From Paraspadella gotoi (lineage: Eukaryota > Animalia > Chaetognatha), in assembly GCA_051294375.1 (NCBI GenBank), contig CM119264.1, positions 19,103,590 to 19,167,589 of the forward strand: 64,000 nucleotides of DNA, given 5' to 3'. Of this stretch, positions 1-26,712 are shown one piece after another. The position numbers were made by a program, and so were the translations under genes. The notes under the pieces are model-generated. The model ran no database searches. It was given only the letters and a program-made list of their open reading frames with translations, and had not been told where the DNA came from. Numbering within the stretch: the first letter of the stretch is position 1; the number at the start of each line of letters is the position of its first letter.

Positions 1-116
1 AATTTTGGCGCCAATAACTTCGCTGTAAACAACAACAACTTTGAAATGTTGATGCTTCCGTTGACGTGAATGATAACGGTGACGCGAATTCCGAGTGGTC
101 TTATCCTCAGGGATGA
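1..116 (+). CDS. Probable last coding exon of an upstream gene (partial, product unknown)
   Basis: Reads NFGANNFAVNNNNFE then NVDASVDVNDNGDANSEWSYPQG* if one A is restored in the run at 44-46; no recognisable domain. Confidence 0.25.
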
Positions 117-738
117 AATCGAAATATTTTTTTGATGCCAATAATGCTTTATTTTAACAACAACACAACTGACTGAAACTACTCTTTATATGCGCGTCTC
201 TTCGGGTGATTCGTTTGTCAAGAAAAAGCGAATGCTCATTTGTACAAACTCTATTGTTATTCCGACACATCTGAGTTTAGATACTGTAAATCATATTGTT
301 AATCATGGCAATATAATACCATATTTTCAAATCAATCTAATTTATATTGGAAAGTTCAATCCCAGCGAGTTTTTGTAAACACGACATGTTTCTGCCAAGT
401 TTTTTGACTCATGTGGACAAAGCGCCTAATGAAAGCGGTGCGCGAAGGTCTAACCAATCACAAGTCTATGTTTTTTCGAGCCAGCCAATCAAGAACAAAA
501 TCTTCTCAAAACACGTTTTAGGTCATCAGCTGATTCATTCAGACCCCCAGGCTTGCTGATTTACTCGCCTTCAGATTTTGGCTTCGACGACTGGGAATTG
601 AATTGAATTCACTATTCAACATACTTCGCTTAGTCGTAATTTGATCAAAACCAAATCTAATGAAATACATCGACATCGCTTTGATTATACATATAATATT
701 TATATATAATACGAAATAATCTGTATACGAATGAAACT

Positions 739-1952
739 ATGAGTCTTGCTCAAAAATCCGAAACCGATCAATCGACCGTCGACTGCGATAATGAAAACAC
801 TACAAGCCCAAAAGGGACCCCAGGCGCCGCAGGCTTTAGAACCGAAACCGATGTCAAAGCCAAGACGCAAACATGCGATCCAGCTGCCTTGAGGAACATT
901 TGTATACACGTCAGCCCACCTGGACAAAAACGTCAGGGTATCGATATTAAGTTAATCTTATCGATGAAGTAAAATAACCAAAGTCAAAGATTAACTATTA
1001 TTTGAATTCTTTTATACATACGCGAAAAACCAGGGTTTCAGCGCGCGGCGGTCTTCATCCCCAATCTCCTGCCTCAACATCCCTTCGACGAAGTTTTGCC
1101 CGGAATTCTTCTCGGCGACCAGTTTCTGGGTCGCGAACCGCAGCGACTCGTCCGCGAGGGCGTCACTCACGTCCTCAATGCGGCGATGGGTCGGAAATTC
1201 GGCAGCGTGGATACCGATGCCTCTCTCTTCGAACCCCTGGGCGTCCGATTCATGGGCGTGCCGGCCAATGACAATCAAGGTTATGATTTTTTTATTGCCT
1301 GGGTCACAACTATAGGCATAGAAATATTTGAAATAAGACTTTAAGAACAGTTTTTCACTGTATAATTTATAATTGATTAGGATACAATTTGGCCGCCCAT
1401 TTCGACGCCTCAAACAAGTTTATTTCCGCGGCTTTGGAAGAAAACGAAAACAACAAAATTTATATTCACTGCGTTCAGGTGAAGATTAAAAAAAAATTTG
1501 TGAAATAATCATGGTTAAATCGCAAAATACAAGAATTATGATCACTGTATCAGCGATCACCGTTTTGAGCTTGTTGAGACACCCATAATCGTCAACGTCA
1601 ACGATGAAAAGTGATGAAATTCATAGTAATATTGAGAAAGCAAAGTATTTTTTAAAATTATTACAACGATTTTTATTATTTAATAAAAAAATTGTAATAA
1701 TTTAAAAAAATACTTTGCTTTCTCAAAATTAAAACAACGAAAAGAAAGGATTATCGCATCATAGTAATTATTGAATTATACCACAAACAGGGTATCTCGC
1801 GCTCAGCCACAATCCTAGCGGCGTTTTTGATGACAAACAAAGGACTATCGGCTGTCGAAGCTATGACAACCATCAGAAAAAAAGAGAAATTTTTCCCAAT
1901 GAGGTTTCTAAAACAACTGTGCGCTCTTGACGAAGAACTGAAAAAAAATTAA
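739..1952 (+). CDS. Atypical dual-specificity protein phosphatase (DUSP3/VHR-DUSP13-like), 4 exons
   Basis: Exons about 739-937, 1034-1279, 1381-1478, 1791-1952 with GT-AG ends. Motifs FDEVLPGILLGD, GVTHVLNAA and VPAND; the catalytic HCVQ|GISRS motif is split by intron 3. Confidence 0.9.
1621..1774. mobile_element. Foldback element in DUSP intron 3, related to the hammerhead/Penelope-type repeat family
   Basis: Near-perfect inverted repeat at 1632-1726. Tail ACAACGAAAAGAAAGGATTAT resembles those at 41221 and 44090. Flanking direct repeats TCATAGTAAT(T)ATTGA at 1621 and 1759. Confidence 0.6.
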
Positions 1953-2323
1953 CATTTAATAATAATTAATATTTTCGTATTAAATTTAAATAATTTGGTA
2001 ATAAATTTTAGCTTTCTTGTCTGGTGCAACAAATTTTAAACATGGTTCATATTGTTATGTGTATATAACTATGTATATAAGTTCGTGAGAGTCATTAGTG
2101 CCTCAGGTATAGGCTACCGTCTAAACTTGTCCGGATACCTTTTGTAAGCGCTTCTGTGATGAACAAATTAATTATAATAATTGAATGTGTTATCGCTGTA
2201 ACTAAAACTTTTCCTACGAAACTGGTAAAGCATTCTTAAAAACGCAAGATAAGAAAAGTATAAAAATATAGTACGAAAAAGATATCTTTACAAAAAAAGA
2301 AACGGTTTATTCTATATGAATTG

Positions 2324-3939
2324 ATGATGAACGAGATTGCCAACTCCCGATTTGACTCAAAAGCGGGGACGACGATGCCATTCGCTTCGGTGGCATCGTC
2401 AACAGCGCCGTCGGCTTCTTCCGCTCGGCCTTTGCTCGAAGCGGACCCCAAAGTTCGCTCCCATCAGCCGCCGTGTCTCAGAGTGACCAGAAAGTTGCTG
2501 CTGCGGCTGCTGCACTTTTCAATCTCACTCTACGTCACGCTGCTTCTACTTTTGGATCCGCGATCTATTGTTAACGATGATTTTGAAGGAACTCTCAAAC
2601 CGGTACAATAGCTTGTTTTAGTTTTTGTTTTGGTTAGGATTTTTTTCGTTGCAAGTTTATAGTCGTGTAGTGTTCAAGACTATAGTAGTTTAGTGGTGTA
2701 ACTCTCGATTATCTGCCTCAGACCGGCTACGCGTATCTTAGCTGCTCCATCTTTTGCATGCTGTTTTATTTCGTGTTGTGCAACCTGGATCCCGGAATCG
2801 CGCGCCCTTTGCCTGTCGACGAGGGAAACAAAAACTTTGGAGACGGGACTAAGTTTTATCCCGCCAAACATTATTGCCATCATTGTAGGTATCCAAATCA
2901 GGGAAATATAAACTTCTTCATTTTTACCTCACAAAGACTAACAACTCAGTCGACTGGGATACTTGGAAAAAAGTTCATAACGCTCTCTTCGAATATCAGA
3001 ATCAATCAACCAGTGAGGACGCGTCACTGCTACGATTGTGGCAAATGCGTCAAGCGATTCGATCATCACTGCATCTGGCTCGACACTTGCATCGGAGAGC
3101 GAAATCACACCCTATACCTCGTCTTTCTCATATTGGAGGTACTACTAAATGACTGGAATTACATTTTAATCGCCCACCAATTCCATTTATGCTCGTTCAA
3201 TTTAGTCCATTTTGAATCAGATCGATGTGATTCAGCCAGAATTGATAAAAGTTTGATTCACTGACTAGGAAGGTCTCGTCATTCTTTCTCTCGTTCTGGT
3301 CGTGATGTCGATGACTCGTCTTGCCAAAGAAGAGGTTGAGAATTATATCCCCATTCCATAATGAAAATTCACACAAACCAACGAGTGAAATTAAAGAAAA
3401 TTAAGATTAATAGCGTCATTCTTTTTTTTTTAATCAGACGGTGACAGACTGGATGTGGCACGTGAGTCCTTACTTCATCTCTTTGTTAATACTAGTTCCT
3501 TCAGTCGTCGTTCTCGTTTGTCTCACCGTGTATCACTTCTACCTCGCCACTCAAAACACAACCACCTGGGAACTTAGCTCCAGGTTGCATTATTTATTTG
3601 CTCTTATCGTCGGTAACTATTGTCTTCGGCTGGTGTTTCCGGCAACTCTTGTCATTTACAGTAGTAGTCATTTACAACTCAGCAGAAAATGGGAATTAAA
3701 AGCTCATTGAAAAGCTTTTTTAAAAAATTTAACCGTTCCCCAGTAATTCTAAAATAACGTCGACAATTTACCGTAGGTATCGCATCACTTATCTGCAGCA
3801 TCTACCCGAATACCTCGACCCATTTTCCTCTGGGTTTATCGGTAATTTGCGGCAGTTTTTTTGCGAAATGCCCTACAATTCGATCGATTGGGAGGAGATT
3901 TATGCGGCAAATATAAAAATACAATCACTTAAGAATTAA
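2324..3939 (+). CDS. ZDHHC12: DHHC palmitoyltransferase, ZDHHC12-like, about 6 exons
   Basis: DPG motif, cysteine-rich [35 protein letters not shown] motif followed by RITYL. Exons about 2324-2602, 2722-2888, 3000-3138, 3269-3333, 3438-3583, 3778-3939. Confidence 0.88.
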
Positions 3940-4357
3940 ATTAATAAATTGCTTTGTTTTAATATGTACATTGAATTATAGAATTGAGTGATATTAATAA
4001 AAATTGGTATTTTCTTCAATATCTACCAAGAAAGCATATGATTTATGTAAAAAATGTAAAAAATTTCCAATGGTTAATTGCTTATCTTAAAGCATTACGT
4101 GTATGAACTATTATGGTAATGGGCATTGGCATTACATATAGTGCTTAATGGGGTTTAATATGTTCTTAAGTAGGGTAAATAATATAAATATGAAATATAA
4201 AATTATAATTCCTACATTTATTCAATCATTGAATAAGACAAACGACAATTAAAAACTGCAAAAACCAATCCGAGATCGATATAAAAATTGCACGTGTCGA
4301 AAATTACTTCATAGTGGATACTGGATACTATCCAGTAGATAGTCACTTGTCGTTGCG

Positions 4358-5119
4358 TCAAAAAAAGGGCGTAGCGGGTTTGGGCGTTGATGGTTTTTCG
4401 TGCAGCGAAGATTGGATTTTGTTCCACCAAATTCTTTTTTCCGGAAGAAGGTCGAGGGAGGTGCCTTTTGTTTTAAGAAGATGCCCCAGATGCTCTTTAG
4501 GGGGAAGGCAGATGCTGCGCTGCCAATCAGGTTCTTCGGCGCGAAGGAGCTTTCGAATTCCGCCTGCGATTACCTGCGTATTGTATTTCCTCAATCAGCT
4601 TTCTAAGTAGATTTACGAAAGTCTATTTGTATTTTTCAATCATTACAAATATGTACATACGAAGCCGGATAAGACTGGGAGTGAAAGAGAAAGAAAAAAG
4701 GATAGAATTGTGACCTTAATATGTTCGAAATCAGTGATGCCGATTTTCGGAAGGGCCGATGCATCCATGAGAATCAAGTGTTTTCCAGAAACCAGGTTTT
4801 TTTCGAAGCAAGCACGGTAATACCTGTTGAAAGATATACATCATGTCAACCGTATTGAGATTCGTTTAGTTTTTTTTTTAAATCTCAAATTAAAACAAGG
4901 ATGAGTTTAATGACTTAAATCATCCCTTCAATCCAATACTCACGGGAAGCCCAACTGTTCGACCCACGCCGCCGTGTCGAGCTCTGTCCACATGAGGCAG
5001 TCGGGAATCCTGTCCAAGGCCATCTGCATTTTAGCCATTTTCGAATGGGCGATCGCCGCCTCCATAGCAGAAGAATCGGGATCCTCGTCCGAATCATAGT
5101 CAAGGTTTTGAAGAGGCAT
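4358..5119 (-). CDS. SAMD15: Small SAM-domain protein, SAMD15-like, 3 exons
   Basis: Spliced WTELDTAAWVEQLGFP|YYRACFEKNLVSGKHLILMDASALPKIGITDFEHIK|VIAGGIRKLLRAEEPDWQRSICLP matches the SAMD15 SAM domain and C-terminal pattern. Confidence 0.8.
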
Positions 5120-5373
5120 TTTTCATTTGTTTTTCAAATAGTTTATATAATTTGTTTTTCTTTTCACTTCTTTCTAAACATAATACTTCAAAGTGAAATT
5201 AAAAAAATTAAAGGTATTAAAAAATAAGATTCCGTGATAAGAAATATAACAAAATAGCGCGTATAAAAACCTAAAAAACAGAATAAAATATAAAAATCTT
5301 CGCAATTCAACTGACCGAGCGGACAAAATGAATAAAAAGGAAAACAAGATAATCTACGATAAAAGTCTTTCAA

Positions 5374-8300
5374 TCAACCGATATTATCGAGAAGCTTATC
5401 CATCTTTTTCTCCAAAACTCTGAGTCTTTCAGCGGGCGATTTCCTCTCGTCTTGCTCTCGAGAAACAAAATACGAATTGGACACCGTCTTTTCCCACCTG
5501 CGCAGCATCTTGACGATTACGGGTCCCGATTTCAGGTTGTTGAAGATCGCTACGAACATCTTCCTACTCACCACCTTTCGTCTCTCTTTGAGACAATTGC
5601 AATTTCTCGCTAGGGAACGAATCCCTTTGAGAACGTCGAGCAAGATCGAAAATGGTTGCGGCAAGATAGATCGAGAATAGTACTCCAGAATGAGATCGTG
5701 ACGGCTGAAAGCCCAGAGTTGCTGCGCCTTGGCTTGGATGTCGTTGATGGAATAACTGAACATGGCGATGAGAAGGTTCAACAGCAAGATGTTGGCGATG
5801 AGCATATAGACGGCTTGGAAAAAAGGGAAGATCAAGTGAGAAGTGGCTTGTTTATAGTAAAAGCTAGAATCGTTTTTAGGAACTTTGTTGGCTGCGTCGT
5901 CCAGACTCTCCACGTCCGACAATTCTGGATCTAATTCTCCAAAGAGTCCCCAATAAGGACGCTTGAAAACCTCGAAAATCACAGAAAACATATTGACGTG
6001 ATACTGATTCGGATTTCCCTTGGGCATAGCTTGAAACACCAGAACGTAAGACGCCACCCCATAGGTTCCCATAAAAACGAAAAGGATCAAAATAAAATAG
6101 AAGAGGTCAGAAAACATTTTCCAAATCATGAATAGCATAGGACCGAGTTTAGGGATGGAATAGAAAATTGGCAGAATCCTTAATAAAAACAACATGAAGA
6201 GGGTCACATAAAAAAGACGGACGATTTCGTTCAAAGAAAACGTTTGTTGACATTCCTGAGTTCCGAGTGAGAGACAAAAAAACCTGAGTGAAAACGCTAA
6301 TATAATATTTCCGATTATGAGGAGATCAAAGATATTCCACAGCGAATGTGATAAGTGTAAAATAATGCTCGTCTTTAATCCCCTTTCGGAATTTTGAAAC
6401 ATTTGATGGAGCTCTTGAATACAAAATGAGATCCAGTAAATGAATACAATGCTTTCTACGGGACCGGGTTTTAGGGTCATGTACTGACTCACCTTTTCAT
6501 GGTCGGGGTCAAAGACGAGCACCATCGAAAAGAGAAGGAGAAACAAACAATAAAAGCAGAGATGACTAAACATTTTCATAATTGGCGCTCTGTAAAATTC
6601 ATAAATCTTTTCAAAAACGTTCCACTTTCTTTTCACGCCAACGTCGACTCCGATTTTGGTCAATTCGAACCAAGAATCGTTGATATTTTCCGTCTTTAGA
6701 TCTCCGAAGTCGACGCGACGTTGAAAGTTAATGAGGAAAGGGATCAAGAACGGGACGAACAAGCATAGCAACAATGTCAACGTCGAGTGCTCCGTGGAAA
6801 TGCATCGTCGCCAAATACAGTTGAGATGTGTCTGACAAGCTGCTTGCCCCATGAAGTTGAGGCACATGCCTTCCACCGCCAGTTTGAGACAACTAACGTT
6901 TCCGAACGCGGTGACCTGTCTCACCAAAAGCATCTGCGTTCTTAGCGGATTTTCTTGGTAGCACAAGTTGAGAATTCCGATGGCGTGATTTTCAAACATG
7001 GCGAATTTGTTTCGCAAATTCTCTAGTTTTTGTTGATCGCTGGTTGCGTTTATTTTATGGAGCATGCAGTTACAAGCCAGTAAACACGCTGCAATCGAAT
7101 TTTTTCCCTTCGTCAAGAAAGTTAGAGATATTTCATCCAACTCCATTAACACGGACCAAGTGAACAAATCTGGATATGGATTTGGCGAAACAGTTAGTTC
7201 GATGTTCTCCAAATTTGAAGAATACACAATATTAGTTTTGCAACAACTCTTTTCTTTCGTTCCCTCCATTTTCTCTAGGAAATGTGATCTGTAAAACTCC
7301 CCCACCGAAATCTTCAACTCATGATCTATTTTCATCAAGGCTAAAAGAGATTCTTCAGATTCCGTCTGTTCAAGTGCGACATTATTGCCATTAGCTCTAC
7401 GTAGCAATTGCTTTATGTCTGGAAGGCCTATTCCGGGACTGTCTTCGAGCTCCTGCTCTCTTTTTTTCTTCTCGAAATAAACTTTGTACAACTGGATCAA
7501 CATGCCGTACGTTACCGGATCTTTCAAATCAAACCCCACTTGAAAAAACATGGTGATAAATTCATGTTTATTTTCCATCAGCGCTTGTGTCATGTAATTG
7601 CCAAAGTGCGGGTCCCAAGTGTGTTTCCACTTCCGACTCTGAGCCTTTGATTCTTCCACCAACAGTTTGGCAAATTTGACCCTTCCCCAGTCGAGACTGT
7701 GCTGAAAGTGCTGAACGGGATCGATGTCCCCGAAGACTTTTTTATGAGTCACTTTCTTCAAATGAGCTTCGTAGATGGCGACGTCGATGCCGGTGTGCAA
7801 ACCAGCGCCGTGTTCCGGATCAAAGACGCTGATCAACTCCCGATATTTCAAGCATTCAACGAGAATTCGGTTGTAAAGAGGTTTTTCCTTTAATTCGCAA
7901 ACGATCTGTCGAACGATGGACTGGATTTTGTCTTCGTCCAACTCATCCTGGCAGGACAATTGTGTTTCACGTTCCACCTTCTTGTGCGCTAGGGCCAAGC
8001 AATCCGCCACTCGGCCGGAGCCTTGAATGACGACGCAGGGTGTGTTCAATTCCAAACTTCGGTGAACAAATTCGATGGCGTTGAGGCCCCCCTCGATCAG
8101 GATGACGACGTGGGGCGTTGACCATCCGTCGATGCCCGTCTGGACAAGGAAACTCTCCAAATCGGCGCGGAAGAGATGTTCATAACCGTACTTGCCAATC
8201 GTTCCGTCGTCGATGAGCAGGTAATGAGTGTGGTGAGGATCCAAATTCACTCTCCCTGACTGTACCGAATTGTTCTTGAATTTTTTGCTAACGCCGTCAT

Positions 8301-9260
8301 ACTCGAACACGGACGGAAGCAATGCGTTCGAGCCTTCCCCTTCAGAATAATTGTTTGACGGGGGCATGTCGTTTGCGAAGTGATCTTCCATGGCCGTACA
8401 GTGTTGAACGTAGCCCCAGGGAGCGATGCCGAAGCAAGCAACATTCTTCAAGTCGTTCACGTCTGTGAGTTTCGCCACTTCGATGGTCTTTATGGCTTTA
8501 CCTAGTATTTTCGAGAGACCTGAAAAAATTAACATTTACAATGATAATTTATAAATTACTCTAAATTATTTTTTTTAAAAGTTGTCCTACCCGTATTCGT
8601 TCCTCCGGAAAACATCCAAACGTTGCTCTTTTGTTTGATAAGATTGATGACCCCGTCCCTGAAGGCGGCACCGAAGCTCTCGTCAAGACGAATATCCTTT
8701 TGTCCCCCGACGAAAGAAAGCATCATCTCCGGTGGCGCCAGCTTCCAATGATCGCTCAGCAGGCTCGAAACGGTTTCTAACGTCTTTTGTTTTTTTTCCT
8801 CGTCAGGCAACGCCACCCTAGCGAGCGACTTGATCTTCGGCGTTGCGACTTTCCACGGTTTTGTCTTGAAAACGACTTCTCCGACGAGACTCCGGTCCTC
8901 GAGGGAGGTGTTGCGTTGGAAGTGCCAGGCTGATAGTGAAGGAGTAAAAAATAAAGAGTCCGGGTCAGTAAAAATCCGAAAGGTTTAATATTTAATAAGC
9001 TTACCATCCTTTTTTTCAATGCTATTGTGGAATTCCTTTGGTCTTCCACAATGACAAGAATCTTTAGTTTTTTTATTTGGTACAAATTTATAACATCGCC
9101 TGGAATACAGAGCTGGGAATCTTTTATCAAGAGTGGACGTTCCATTTCCAATCGCTGTTACTTTACTTCCTTGATTAGCTATCCCATATTTATTGCATTT
9201 TTCTTTCTTGGCTACTAAACTTTTTCCTTCTTCAATGCTTATATAGTTTGGTTGGTCCAT
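5374..9260 (-). CDS. TRPM: TRPM-family cation channel, 3 coding exons
   Basis: Exons 9260-9005, 8929-8591, 8519-5374. N-terminal CHCGR, SGGTNTG, GIAPWG, LDPHHTHYLLIDDG and EGG MHR motifs; six TM segments; NILLLNLLIAMFS S6; TRP box WAFSR; terminal coiled coil. Confidence 0.95.
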
Positions 9261-9988
9261 GGTTTGACGTCTAAAAGATGTGAACAATTTATGAAAACTT
9301 ATAATTTATATATGTTTTTCCGTCTTCGACACGTTTACGCTCAACCATGGAAACGGGAAGGATATAGATGGTCATATGTTTAATTTTGATTTTTTCTACC
9401 TTTAAACCCTGATTAATAGACAAAAGAGCATCGCCTACCGTGGCATTTCCTTAAAATTATATGCCTTATGTCTATCTGCAATTATTTTTTATTATGTTCT
9501 TAATTTTTGGGGGGGGTTATTTTTTATTTGTAATCTAGTATTTACATCATTAGTAATAAGAAATACAAAGAATTCAGCTAAACATTACTAAAATTTCTTT
9601 TATCCTAAAATGCCTTTCCTATGTAGTAAAGGGCGACAGAGCAAATACTAAAAACGATTTTAAAATGTGATGGAAAATTTGTATTTTGAACAGAAGTGGC
9701 TAAAAAATTCACTTTTCTAAAGCTATTTAGATCATTCTGCATATCGCCGAATACATTGTGCTTGGTTGTTGTTCGAGGTTGCTTTCCTTAGAACAAACAA
9801 ACGTGGTTTCCAAAATCTGTTCAATGTAAAGTTTATAAATTTTCTGTCGGGTTGGTAGTTTTGTCGAAACCGGGATTCCGGCTCTCGTCACAAAACGGAT
9901 TAAAGATGTCAATCTCATCAAATTAAATTGGACGGATTGCGATTAAATCAATATCGGATAAAGTAAAATAGTGGTTCAATTCACAGCT

Positions 9989-24958
<14,970 letters not shown>

Positions 24959-25318
24959 CCTGGAGAAGGCGTCGTCAACATCAAGCATTAAGCTTAAATA
25001 TTTTGTATTAAGGTTGTTATGATGTAAAAAAATATTAGTAATTTGATTTTTTTTCATTCAGAAGTTTGTTTACTTTGTTACTATTCTAATTTTACTTATA
25101 TTTGTCCTGGCAATTTCTTAAAAAATTCACGTATTATGTAAACTAGGGATGAGATCAAAAGCATTTACGGTTACTTTATCGAAGGCCTGTATTAACGGTT
25201 TTGTCTGATCCTTAAAGGTACTCTGTGCTTTCCTCGGCGACGATCGGCGAAAGGGAAGGCCAAAACTGGGTCGGATTCTAAATTGCTACAAGCGATAGCA
25301 TTCCTAAAGAAAATCGTA

Positions 25319-25561
25319 TACAATCTCTATTTTAAATATTGTTTTATATTAATATTGTTAATATTGTTAATATTATTATTGTTATATTAATATTATATTA
25401 ATATGTTATATTAATATAACAATAGCCGAATCATGTCCGTTTTTCAATAAAATAAATTAGTTTGTTGAAAGAAAAGCAAAATTTTTCTCCCTTAATGTTA
25501 CTTACGCTACAAAACTAAAGAATCAGAATATTGTGTACAAATCTTTATTTTAAATATTGTT
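25319..25561 (+). mobile_element. 5'-truncated copy of the hammerhead/Penelope-type repeat
   Basis: AGCCGAATCATGTCCGTTTTTC (25424) versus AGCCGAAACATGTCCGCTTTTC (44011). Imperfect direct repeats of about 25 bp at 25319 and 25536. Confidence 0.5.
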
Positions 25562-26022
25562 ATGAAATTGGTACAACCAATAAAAAAATATAATAATTTT
25601 TATTTAAATTTTAGGCGAAAGTCTACTAGAATATATTCTACGCAGTGCATTGGTTTGCCGGTGGGGTATTTGGGAAAGGATGGTGATTGGATTTTTTGTT
25701 GTTGTTTTTTGTTAACGTATTGTTCTGTCCGTTAGGTTTTCAGAAAACTCACCTTAGATAGTGGATGGTCTTTTACCCATTAAACCAGAAGAATAGTTAT
25801 TAATCTTTCTATTATTTCTTTAATTTCTATTTATAAATGTATGTTTAGTTTTTGCGAGGAATGGAAATAAATTTTACCAATTTGTGTTGCGATAAACGGA
25901 AAAGAAGCGCCAGGTCTGCCTTTCACTGACACACTTACTTTTCGACCTCCTTTTACTCCCACGACCAAATGAAAAAAAAGCTTTTAAAGAAAAACCGATG
26001 AAGTCGCGTACAAAGTCGCGCG

Positions 26023-26070
<48 letters not shown>

Positions 26071-26633
26071 TCTGAATATGAAATGAAATTTAAATTTTTA
26101 ACTACCAATGCGTTCATCGAGTAACCTTTTCGTATAAAAAAGCGAATGGTTTTATGTACGAAAAAACGTATTCTAAAATCAGTGGTTGAGTTTATTTTTA
26201 TAGTTAGATTTCGTTTACAGTTTTTAAGTACTGGGGAGTAGATCAAGCTTTGGTCAGATTTTTTTATTTGGTTGACTGCATGATCCTTCAGTTCATGGAT
26301 GACTGAGATTTATAGTTTTATATATATTTATAGTTTTATATAGATTTATAGTTGATAAAGTTTGAATATTTTTTTTCACAACTTCGAAATATAAAAATGA
26401 CGGAATTTTCACTTCACTACTATAATATAACGAGAGCCCCCCTATTTTATTTATTATTGACAATTTTTTCAATTTCTTAAATTTTTGGAGCTTAAGAGAA
26501 ACTGCTGGTTTGAACAAGCAAATAAATAAGAAAGCAATTATAAAAAAAAGATAGCGAGAAAGAAAAATAGGAAGATAGAACAAAAAAAAAATAAGTAAGA
26601 AAGCTAGAAATAAATAAATAAATAAATAAAGAA

Positions 26634-26637
26634 AGAG

Positions 26638-26712
<75 letters not shown>
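26634..26712. repeat. (GAAA)n tetranucleotide repeat
   Basis: Direct observation. Confidence 0.95.

Noticed and set aside
500-530. Minus-strand CTGATGA-CCT-AAAACGTGTT as a hammerhead
   Set aside because: Lacks G12 of GAAA, and has no stem II and no stem I pairing.
5477-7893. Several + strand ORFs overlapping TRPM
   Set aside because: Antisense shadows of the long coding exon.
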